A stretch of 64,000 bases of DNA, taken from Bacteroidales bacterium (lineage in GTDB: Bacteria > Bacteroidota > Bacteroidia > Bacteroidales > WRGA01). A model generated the notes under the pieces. The model worked only from the letters and a program-made list of their open reading frames with translations. It made no database searches and had not been told where the DNA came from. The position numbers were made by a program, and so were the translations under genes. Numbering within the stretch: position 1 is the stretch's first letter; each line of letters begins with the position of its first letter. Shown one piece after another: positions 29,794-39,800 of this stretch. The DNA is taken from assembly GCA_031553395.1 (NCBI GenBank), contig JAVBLR010000003.1, positions 69,799 through 133,798 of the forward strand, in the 5' to 3' direction.

Positions 29794-31824
29794 TTAATAA
29801 CCATAAGAATTTTTAAGCATACTTCTCGAATCAGTAATATTCTTATTGTAAATAGAGAATGGATGACGGTTGTTGCAAACGCCGTTTCCTATCGGATAAT
29901 CCTTCATCATGTCACTAATAACCGTAGCACTGTCCATCGAAGCAATCAATGCCGAGTAATCGTATGATACATTTAGTCCTGTACTTGCAATCAAAATTCG
30001 TGTAGTCCATGTTTTTGTGTTTGTACCTGACTTAGCTGCTTCACTCAACCATGTAGTTTTGTACCATCCTGAACCTGCGATACTTGCGCCCGGATCAGGT
30101 ACATCTTCATAATAGTTTATACTTGCTCTGTCTACATATTCTTCGGGTGTAGCTGTATATTTATAGTAAACCGTAGTTGGAAAATAAGTAGACGGATATG
30201 TTTTTCCAAATATTTCCACACTTCTATTTCCATTAATCATGTTGCAGAGAGCCATTTTTTGTTCTTCTATTTTATCATTGAGTATCCCCCAACGTACCAG
30301 ATCGTATTTGCGCAATGCTTCTCCTCCGAATTCCCAAGCCCGTTCATTAACAATCGCTTTGAAAAAATCAGCATCATAATCAGTAACTTTAGGATTTCCC
30401 AAACCGAAAGCTCTCTCCCGTACTCTTTCCAAGGCTTGTTTTGGCGTAATTCCTGCTGTTGTATTTGCTGTTGTTGGTCCATATAACTCATTTTGAGCTT
30501 CGGCAAACATCAAGAAAATATCCGAATAACGCATTACAATCCAGTTTATTCCTGTTGGAACACGACCGGATTTGGCAGCTTTGTGCGCGGCCTTATAAGC
30601 GTCGGTCATCCAGTATATTCTCCATTTGGCAAATTTCCAATCAGTAGGATTGCTATTGATTTTCTCTTTATTATCAGCAGAATAAGAAAAACAAGTTAAT
30701 GTAACATCTCGACGTTTATCTTCCGGATCAAAAGAATAGAAGTAATAAGATGTTGAAACAACGTTTCCACCGCCTAAGGCAATAGCTCCGTATTTACTTC
30801 CGCCATCCAGGCGCATTCCAATCAAATTTCCTATATCTCCGTTTTGGGAAAGTCCGAATGCAACTTCAAATAAATTCTCATTTACAGCATTATTTTGTAA
30901 TTGATTGACTGTTTTCCATAAATTTTCAAAATCATCCAAATGATGCGGATTGCTTGGATCTCCGATTATTTCGGCACATTTTTGAGCAGCTATTTCATAA
31001 TAGTCTTTCCAATTTGTACATCTTCCTGTAAAATAACCGTTTACTTCAGGTATATTGGGATTTACTTCAGCCGTTGTTTCAGGAAATTGATTCCTGTCCC
31101 TGATAGACCATCCCCCGGCAAATAATGCGGTACGGGCAATTAATCCTTTAACAAAACCTTTTGTAATCTTGTCGGCGCTTCCATACGATGTAGTACCAAC
31201 ACTTCCTCCCAACCAGGGAACATATTGCTCAGCTTCAAGCAAATCCTGAATAATGTACTTATAAACGGTATCCCTATCAACTTTTCCTATAAAAACATTG
31301 CTCAAATCGCTATTGGAAGGTGCATCCTTATAAGGAATATCTCCAAAATGAGTTAATAATTCCAAATACGCCAAAGATCTTAATGCTAATGCTTCGCCTA
31401 AATAGGCTTTCATTATTAAGGAGTCGCTTGTTTGCAATAACGGCGAATTTCGAACTCCGTCAATAGCTAATGCTGCATATTCAACCGTTTTATAGAGATT
31501 ATCCCACCTCAAGTTCTGGTTTTCGGCAGAAGCATAATAGTTGGAAGCTCCGGCATCCCTTGTTGGTGATTTGTAATTATCAGTACTAAGCCCTGCTATT
31601 TCAACATCTGAATTTGTAGGCCAGTTGGTGGAGATTTTTTGCCCATATACATATGTGTCGGTCAATGACGCATAGATGCCATTGATAGCAGCTTCTGCAA
31701 AAAAGGTTGTTTCAAAAACAGTCTCTTTCGTTAGTTTTGATTCGGCTTCGGTATCCAAGAAATCATCACAAGAAATGTTTACTAAAACAAGTGCTGCAAT
31801 AAATATATAAATTGTTTTTTTCAT
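29794..31824 (-). CDS. susD: SusD/RagB family nutrient-binding outer-membrane lipoprotein
   Basis: 676 aa with a lipoprotein signal (…LVNISCDDFLD), a SusD-like TPR-type N-terminal region, and a position immediately downstream of the SusC-like gene. Confidence 0.92.
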   Translation of the reverse strand: MKKTIYIFIAALVLVNISCDDFLDTEAESKLTKETVFETTFFAEAAINGIYASLTDTYVYGQKISTNWPTNSDVEIAGLSTDNYKSPTRDAGASNYYASAENQNLRWDNLYKTVEYAALAIDGVRNSPLLQTSDSLIMKAYLGEALALRSLAYLELLTHFGDIPYKDAPSNSDLSNVFIGKVDRDTVYKYIIQDLLEAEQYVPWLGGSVGTTSYGSADKITKGFVKGLIARTALFAGGWSIRDRNQFPETTAEVNPNIPEVNGYFTGRCTNWKDYYEIAAQKCAEIIGDPSNPHHLDDFENLWKTVNQLQNNAVNENLFEVAFGLSQNGDIGNLIGMRLDGGSKYGAIALGGGNVVSTSYYFYSFDPEDKRRDVTLTCFSYSADNKEKINSNPTDWKFAKWRIYWMTDAYKAAHKAAKSGRVPTGINWIVMRYSDIFLMFAEAQNELYGPTTANTTAGITPKQALERVRERAFGLGNPKVTDYDADFFKAIVNERAWEFGGEALRKYDLVRWGILNDKIEEQKMALCNMINGNRSVEIFGKTYPSTYFPTTVYYKYTATPEEYVDRASINYYEDVPDPGASIAGSGWYKTTWLSEAAKSGTNTKTWTTRILIASTGLNVSYDYSALIASMDSATVISDMMKDYPIGNGVCNNRHPFSIYNKNITDSRSMLKNSYGY

Positions 31825-31836
31825 GTTTTATATTAT

Positions 31837-34800
31837 TTAAAAAGTTATATTAACCCCGGCAATAAAGGTGCGGGATTTGGGATAAGCTGAATAGTCAACA
31901 CCCGGAGTAAGAGGAGTAGATCTTCTTGTATCTACTTCAGGGTCTTGTCCTGAATAATTAGTCCAGCAGTATAAATTATATCCTGTAAAATAAACCCTTA
32001 AAGATTCAATAAGTACTTTTTGTGAAATTGATTTCGGTAAGGTATATCCGACAGTCAAATTGTTTAACCTTAGGAAAGAGCCATCTTCAACCGCCCACGA
32101 ATGGAAAACGGTAGAGTTGATAATCGGATGCCAAATGGATGCATTTTGATTTAACTCTTGTAACCGTACAGGATCGGCATAAGCCCCGTAATAAATATTG
32201 TACCCTGTTTCGGGGTCGATTGTTGTAAAGCGTTTACCTAAACCCATTTCCGTACTCATATTCTGATACCTTTTTGAACCGGAATATGTATTATAGTCGA
32301 TTTTATTAGCATTGTAAATATCATTTCCGTATGACCAGTTGAAAAATGCAGAAGCATCAAATCCTTTGTAAGTAGCATTTAATCCAAAACCACCTGTGCT
32401 AAGTGGTTGCGCATTTCCGATAACTTTACGGTCGGCTTCCGTAATTTGTCCATCACCATCCAAGTCTTTTAATTTTAAATGTCCCGGGCCGAAATATGTA
32501 TCTTTAGAAGTAGTAATCAATGTCGTTATGTCAGGAATCTTATTACCATCGGCATCAGTAGGATTAAGAACCCATTTGTTTGCTGAGGGATTCCATGTAA
32601 AATCAGAAAACGAGTACATTTCATCTGTTACATAACCATACATTTGACCAACAGGGCCTCCTACTTCAACCAAATAATCATAAGCAGAGGTTGTTAATCC
32701 CCATCCCGAAGAATAAGTTGCGTAATTACCTTCGGCACTTACAAATTTGTCAACTTTATTCCTATTCATTGATATATTAAAATTGGCTGATAGGGTAAAG
32801 TCTTTGGTGTCTACGATATAACCGTTCAATGTTAATTCCACACCTCTATTGGAAGTTTGTCCGACATTTTGGTATTGTTGCGTATAACCTGAATGAGCTG
32901 GCAATGGTACGGCCATAATCAAATCTTTGACTGTGTTTTTATAAATTTCGAGTGTACCTGAATAACGATTGTCCAATACGCCAAAATCAATTCCGAAGTT
33001 TGTAGCTATTGTTGTTTCCCATTTTAATCCAGCATTATATAACGTAGTGCTTGGTTTCAAAGCGCTGGCCGGTTCTTCACTAGGATAAGATAATTTGGTA
33101 GCTCCGGTTTCAAAGCCAAGTTCCTGTCTCCAGTAAGAGCCAACCCTGGCATTTCCTACACTACCATAACTGAAGCGTAATTTCAAATTAGAAAGCCAAT
33201 CTTTTTGTGATTCCATAAAACTTTCTTCGGATAATCTCCATCCTGCGGCCATACCCGGGAAGAATCCCCATCGATTATCGGGAGAAAATACATTCGTTCC
33301 GTCTTCACGAGCAGTAAGGGTTAACAGATATTTATCCTTGAGTGTGTAATTGATACGTCCGAATACGGAAGATAATCTGGTCGGTTCACCTAATGTAGTA
33401 TAAGTAGGAAGAGGGTCGCCATAATTCCACATAGCTAGAATTTGCTCGGCTGTCATGTTTGCCGGAAAATATTTGGATTGGATAACAGTTTGGTCATTAT
33501 TCCTGTTGCTCATTTCTTGCCCCAATAAGAAAGTAAAACGGTGAATATCCTTTAGGGTATAATCATACGTTAGTGTATTATTGAAACTCCATTGGTCTTT
33601 TTCTTCATTTGTTTTCTTTGCAACAGGCTGGCCACCGTTTGCATTCGATTCTCCGGTACCTTTTGTCCAGATATTATCTGTATGATTTGTTATAAAAGAA
33701 TAACTTCCTTTTGTTGAAAAAGTCAATCCTTTTATAATTTTCCAGTTAATGCCCGCATTATATGTATTATTGAATTGATATTGTTTTTTGTATTCATTTT
33801 CAATATCAAACAAAGGATTCTGCAATGTGCTTATTTTTTCAGGTGAAGTATCATCCTGTGTATCCTGAACATCTTCTGAAAATCCAGTCAATCCCGCTGT
33901 TGGAGTATATTTAACTCCATCTCTCAATTTTCTTCCGGAGGATATACTCGGTCCGGTAATTGTAGCATAAGATAAGCGGGTTGCAAAATCAAAATCAATT
34001 GTTTTACTGATTTTCGCATTTGTTTTCAAATTAATATTAGTCCTTTTAAAACCCGAATTAAGCATGATATAATCTTCATTAACCTGATTAAGGCTCAGAT
34101 TATATTTGAGAGCATCGGAACCTCCACTTATACTTGCATTGTAGTTTGCTTGATTTCCGGTATTGCCGTATAATTCATTCTGCCAATCTGTTCCCGGATC
34201 CGATTTGAATATATCCTTATCCTGCCAAAGTCCGTAATACGCATAATAGCTGGTACTTTCGACAGACGCTCCCGGATCCAGTTCCTTTTGCATGTATACA
34301 TACTCGTAGGGACTCATAACGGGTGTTAGGTTATATACCTTACTCATTCCCCAATACGCATTGAAATTAACGGTAATTTTTCCCGCTTTTCCACTTTTGG
34401 TTGTAACCACAATAACCCCGTTTGCACCTTGCGCTCCATAAATAGCAGTAGAAGCCGCATCTTTCAATACGTCGATAGATTGAATATCAGTTGGCGGAAT
34501 ATCGTTGATTGAATTTACAATAAAACCGTCTACAATATACAAGGGTGAATTGTCTTGTGTAACAGAGCCGCCACCACGCACACGGATTTTGATTTCGGCA
34601 TCAGGAGAACCTTCCGTTTTGGTAATATTTACTCCGGCAAGTCGCCCTGTCATTGCTTCTGATACAGAGGTTACAGGAATATCTTTCAATACTTTTTCAC
34701 CAATAGAAGAAACAGCTCCAGTAAGGTCCTTTTTTGCAACCGTTCCGTATCCGATAACAACAACTTCATCAAGATCCGATAACGAACTTTCCATTGTAAT

Positions 34801-35091
34801 GTTAAGTACATCTCCTTTAATAGCAACCTCTTTGTCTTTCATTCCAACATAGGTAACTACAAGTGTTTTAGCTGAGGGCTCAACATTTATACTGAATTTT
34901 CCATCAATATCCGTTGTTGTACCGGTTGTTGTACCTTTTACCATGATAGAAGCACCAATGATTGGGTCTCCGTTTGCTTCACTTATTATTCCCGTAACTG
35001 TTTTTTGTTGAGCAAATGTATTTATACAACAAAAAAACAAGAATGAGAATGTAAGAAGCAACTTCCATGTTTTCTTTTTAAGTTTCTGCAT
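31837..35091 (-). CDS. susC: SusC/RagA family TonB-dependent outer-membrane transporter
   Basis: 1084 aa with a carboxypeptidase-regulatory-like N-terminal domain (VTGIISEANGDPIIGASIMVKG), a plug (IVIGYGT... DIQSIDVLKDAASTAIYG) and a terminal ...AGVNITF. Confidence 0.95.
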   Translation of the reverse strand: MQKLKKKTWKLLLTFSFLFFCCINTFAQQKTVTGIISEANGDPIIGASIMVKGTTTGTTTDIDGKFSINVEPSAKTLVVTYVGMKDKEVAIKGDVLNITMESSLSDLDEVVVIGYGTVAKKDLTGAVSSIGEKVLKDIPVTSVSEAMTGRLAGVNITKTEGSPDAEIKIRVRGGGSVTQDNSPLYIVDGFIVNSINDIPPTDIQSIDVLKDAASTAIYGAQGANGVIVVTTKSGKAGKITVNFNAYWGMSKVYNLTPVMSPYEYVYMQKELDPGASVESTSYYAYYGLWQDKDIFKSDPGTDWQNELYGNTGNQANYNASISGGSDALKYNLSLNQVNEDYIMLNSGFKRTNINLKTNAKISKTIDFDFATRLSYATITGPSISSGRKLRDGVKYTPTAGLTGFSEDVQDTQDDTSPEKISTLQNPLFDIENEYKKQYQFNNTYNAGINWKIIKGLTFSTKGSYSFITNHTDNIWTKGTGESNANGGQPVAKKTNEEKDQWSFNNTLTYDYTLKDIHRFTFLLGQEMSNRNNDQTVIQSKYFPANMTAEQILAMWNYGDPLPTYTTLGEPTRLSSVFGRINYTLKDKYLLTLTAREDGTNVFSPDNRWGFFPGMAAGWRLSEESFMESQKDWLSNLKLRFSYGSVGNARVGSYWRQELGFETGATKLSYPSEEPASALKPSTTLYNAGLKWETTIATNFGIDFGVLDNRYSGTLEIYKNTVKDLIMAVPLPAHSGYTQQYQNVGQTSNRGVELTLNGYIVDTKDFTLSANFNISMNRNKVDKFVSAEGNYATYSSGWGLTTSAYDYLVEVGGPVGQMYGYVTDEMYSFSDFTWNPSANKWVLNPTDADGNKIPDITTLITTSKDTYFGPGHLKLKDLDGDGQITEADRKVIGNAQPLSTGGFGLNATYKGFDASAFFNWSYGNDIYNANKIDYNTYSGSKRYQNMSTEMGLGKRFTTIDPETGYNIYYGAYADPVRLQELNQNASIWHPIINSTVFHSWAVEDGSFLRLNNLTVGYTLPKSISQKVLIESLRVYFTGYNLYCWTNYSGQDPEVDTRRSTPLTPGVDYSAYPKSRTFIAGVNITF

Positions 35092-35722
35092 AATTGTTTT
35101 AGATTTAATTGAGTTTTAGATTAGTATTTATTCGTAATTTGATAGGGTTTATATAAATTGTTTTTCACGATGAAAATTATGCATAGGATATTTGTTTTTC
35201 TTTATGATAAAAAATTAGCTTCTTTTGACATTTTGATATTTTATTATGCATATCTATTTTTAAATTGAACATTTTAAAATAGTTGAAAGTTTTCATAGTG
35301 CATACTTTTAACAATTCTCGTATTTTAGGCTATTTTAGATAAAAAACATATAATAACACTTAGGGGCGTTAGCTATTTGTAAAAAACAGATGTATTTTTT
35401 TTATTTACACAAATATTTAAAGATTAACTTTAATAAAAAGATTGAATGTTAAGCATTTGCAATGTTAATGCATTTAGAAAAAAAGGAGCAGGTTAATTTT
35501 GCTTTTTTCTCATAGACAAATTGACACTATGCTTATTTTATTTTACATTTTATAACATAATGTCAATTTATCTATGATAAAAAGGCAATTTGACATTCGT
35601 CAATTCTGCGAAAAAGATTAATATTGCATTAAGAAACTGTATTGGATTTTGCAAATAATAATTGGAATGGAATTATTGTTAATAAAAAGTAGGATTTACT
35701 CAAAAAACAGTCGAAAGCATAC

Positions 35723-35760
35723 GACAGAGTGTTATTGTTATGACAGAGTGTTATTGTTAT
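35723..35760. repeat. Perfect 19-bp tandem direct repeat in the PUL divergent control region
   Basis: GACAGAGTGTTATTGTTAT (35723-35741) is repeated exactly at 35742-35760, about 150 nt upstream of the esterase ATG. Confidence 0.9.
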
Positions 35761-35910
35761 AATGTACAGGAAAGAATGGTATTTTTTCAAATCTGTTAAA
35801 GTAGCTTTAATATTGCCGTTTCTTCAAAGTAAAATTATAATTTAGACGAATAATTGTGATACAGGAGTTTAATGGCACTTTGTATGACAATTATATTTAA
35901 AAATATTTGT

Positions 35911-36819
35911 ATGAGAAAAAAAGTTATTATCACAAGTTTTTTTTGTTGCTTGTTTATTAGTTTGTTTGCACAGGATTTTATGCCTGTATGGAATAGCAGA
36001 ATGCCCAATAGCAAAGGGTTACATTTAAAAGATAGCATTGCCAATGAGCGGGTTTATCAGGTTGCAATTCCCGGAGTTTATGTATTTGAACCGTCTCAGG
36101 CAGAAAATAAGCATGCGGCTGTTTTGATAATTCCAGGAGGCGGATATGCTCGTTTGGCCTATCAGATAAGCGGGTTTCAGTTGGCAAAATGGTTCAATAC
36201 TTTTGGAGTAACGGCATTTGTGCTGAATCATCGTTTACCTCAATCGCCGGACGTTGTTGAAAGTTATAAAGCTCCGCTTCAGGATGCACAGCAAGCTATC
36301 AAGTTTATCCGAAAAAATGCAAAAAAATGGGATATAAGTCCTGATAAAGTTGGGGTAATGGGCTGTTCTGCCGGAGGTCATTTGTCGGCTTGTGTTTCTA
36401 ATTTTCAAGAGGATTGGACTGATACAAAAGATACTACTAATCATATTCCTGATTTCACAATTCTTATTTCTCCGGTTATTTCAATGGATGAATATGTACA
36501 TAAAGGAAGCCGGGATAATTTATTAGGAAAAGAACCATCTCAAGAGTTGAAAAATATGTTTTCATGTAATTTGAGGGTTACGGAAAAAACGCCACCGGCT
36601 TTCGTAGTACACGCATCTGATGATAAATCGGTGTCTCCAATGAATAGTATTTTATATTATTCAGCTTTGATTCAAAATAAAATAAAACTATCAACATTAC
36701 ATATTTATCCTGAAGGAGGTCACAGCATAGCTTTACGTAACAATCCGGGAACAACTGACAGTTGGTCACAATTATGTGAAGCCTGGCTTTCCGAAATAGG
36801 GATAATACCCAAGAAGTAA
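35911..36819 (+). CDS. Alpha/beta-hydrolase esterase (candidate pectin/xylan acetyl- or feruloyl-esterase)
   Basis: The ATG at 35911 gives the signal peptide MRKKVIITSFFCCLFISLFAQ. It has the oxyanion motif PGGGY, the nucleophile elbow GCSAGG, and a C-terminal ...HASDD...GGH. Confidence 0.8.
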   Translation: MRKKVIITSFFCCLFISLFAQDFMPVWNSRMPNSKGLHLKDSIANERVYQVAIPGVYVFEPSQAENKHAAVLIIPGGGYARLAYQISGFQLAKWFNTFGVTAFVLNHRLPQSPDVVESYKAPLQDAQQAIKFIRKNAKKWDISPDKVGVMGCSAGGHLSACVSNFQEDWTDTKDTTNHIPDFTILISPVISMDEYVHKGSRDNLLGKEPSQELKNMFSCNLRVTEKTPPAFVVHASDDKSVSPMNSILYYSALIQNKIKLSTLHIYPEGGHSIALRNNPGTTDSWSQLCEAWLSEIGIIPKK

Positions 36820-36840
36820 TCTACTTTCCTAATATTTACC

Positions 36841-39800
36841 ATGAAACAAAAAACAATCGTATTCCTTTTTCTTTGTTTGTCTTTTTTAAGTAAAGCAAGT
36901 TCGTTGCCGCCCTGTTATTTTGTCCATTATTCAACAGAAGATGGATTGCCTCAGAATATAATTATGGACATGCTGCAGGATGAAAAAGGATTTATGTGGT
37001 TTGTAACATGGGATGGTTTATGCCGTTTTGATGGGTATGAATTTACTTCCTATAAGATTTATTCCGAGAATGCATATTACATGAAAAATAATCGGATAGA
37101 CAATGTTTATGAGGATAAATATGGCTATTTGTGGTTGCAATCCTACGACGGTGAGGCACATCGATTTGATCCGCACACGGAGTCATTTAAAGGATTACAA
37201 ATGGTTGAGGGATATGGTAATTTCAATTTTTTCAGGTCAAAAGTCAAATTAACACCATCAGGAAAAGTTTGGTTATTATCCGAACAAACCGGATGTATTT
37301 GTGTAGAAGACTCCATATTGACAACAACCATGTATAATATGGAAAACGGGCGATTGAAAGGCAAGCAGGTATTTGACGTTTTTGAAGACAGTAAAAAAAA
37401 TAGTTGGTTGCTTACCGATAATGGAATCAATATGGTTTCTTCGAAAAGCGGGGAATCTACTTTCTTTTTTGCCGAACAGGAATATAAGAATTCACTCAGG
37501 CAGTCCTTTTTTTGCGCTACAGAATTTGATAACGAAATCTGGTTTGGCGCGGATAACGGACGGATTTGGATTTATAATCAGCAAAGCAAAGCATTTCGTT
37601 TATTGGAAAGCGGCGTTTCGTCGGGCATCATCGAAATAAAACAAATTCCGAATAATAAAATCTTATTGGTTACTTCCCAGAATGGATTCTTACTATATGA
37701 TAAAAAAGGGCAAACATTTCAATATTTTAACAAGACCAACTATCCCGACTTGTTATCTAACACAATTGTCTCTACATATATAGATAGTCATGATAATCTT
37801 TGGATTGAAACCGATTATTTAGGTGTTTCCAAATTCAATTTAAATATATACTCCCTCAAAACATTTACTGTAAAACTGGATGGTCTCAACAGTATTATAT
37901 TTCCTCCTGCTTTTTTTGTAATTGAAGATGTGAAAGGACGAATTTGGGTGCATCCCAGAGGCGGAGGTTTTTCTTTATATGACAGTGAAACTGATGATTT
38001 AAAACCATTTCACAATAATCCAAAATCCATTGATTTTAAATTTTCAAATATAGCTCATTCGGCTTATTCCGATAAACAGGGGAATTTGTGGCTGTGTTCA
38101 CGTACACATGGACTTGAAAAGGTTGTATTTGACAGCAATGATTTTCAGATACAAACTTTTGATGCAAATCAGGAATCAGCCGTTTCCAACGATGTCCGGG
38201 CAATTTATGAAGATAAAGACGGATATCGGTGGATATCGACAAAAGATGAAAAACTCAGGGTATATGATAAACAAGAACATTTACTCGGGCATCTTCAGAA
38301 TGATGGTAATATTGGAAATGGAACTCCTTTCGTTGGAACTGTATATTGTCTGCTTCAGGATAAAACTGGAAATATATGGATTGGTACCAGGGGAGAAGGT
38401 ATTTACATTGCCCGGAGAAAAAATACACCTCATTTATCCTTTCAATTAACTCAATATAAGAAAAATATAAATGACATTTACAGCCTGACTGAAAATTCGG
38501 TGTATAGTATTTTTCAGGATAAAAAAGATCGTATATGGATTGGAACTTTTGGAGGCGGATTGAATTTAATAGAAAAGCCGGATGAAGAAAAAATCCGGTT
38601 TATCAACCATCGCAACAACCTGAAAAATTATCCGCAGGAAGCCGGATATCGTGTGCGAACTATTACCGAAGACAAACATAATAATGTGTGTGTGGGCACT
38701 ACAGTAGGAATGATTATGTTTTCATCGTCTTTTTCTTCTCCCGAAAATATCGATTATAAATATTATTCAAGAATTCCCGGCAATAGTGAAAGTTTGAGTA
38801 ATAACGATATTCTTTGTATAAAAAACACGTCTTCGGGTGATATGTATATTGGAACTTTCGGTGGCGGATTAAATAGAGTTTTGGAATATGATAAAGCAGG
38901 ATTTCCCACCCGGTTCAAATCCTATACCAAACGGGAGGGACTTCCTTCTGATGTGTGTTTCTCTATCGAAGAGGATGAAAAGCGAATGCTTTGGATTTCT
39001 ACCGAAAATAATCTGACACGATTTAATCCGAAAAATGAAATCTTCGAGACCTTCGGAGAAATTAAACGACAGATGAAATCTGCAAGTTTCTCGGAAGCAT
39101 CGAGCTTGCGCACAGATCAAAACGAAATAATCTTCGGGTTTTCCAATGGTATTTTATCATTCTTTCCAAATGAAATAAATAAAAATACCTTTAAACCATA
39201 TATTGCTTTCGAGAGTTTTCTGTTGTTTAGTAAAGAACCCGGTATTGGCAATAACTCTCCGCTATCTGAAAATATTGATGATACGGAACAATTGACTTTG
39301 AAACATAACCAAAACTTTTTTGGCATTAAATATGCAGCATTGGATTATGTAGATCCTACGAATATTATGTATGCCTATATACTGGAAGGTTTTGATAAAG
39401 AATGGAACTATGTGCAGAAACAGCGAATTGCCAACTATACGAATATTCCCAAAGGAAAATATGTTTTTCGTGTAAAATCGACCAATAGCGATGGAGTTTG
39501 GGTTGAGAACGAACGTCGGCTCGAAATTGAGGTTTTGCCTTCGTTTTGGGAAACAGCATGGGCGTATTTAATTTATCTGCTTCTTTTTTCGTTGTTGATT
39601 TTTGTTACTGTCCGTATTTTATTTGTTATTTATCGATTGAAAGATAAAGTTAAATTGGAACATCAGATTTCGGAAATGAAACTTCGTTTTTTTACAAATA
39701 TATCGCATGAAATCAGGACACCGCTTACAATGATTACTGCGCCTGTCGATTATTTACTAAAGGACAAAGAAACTCCCGAAAAGGTGAAGTCTCAACTTAA

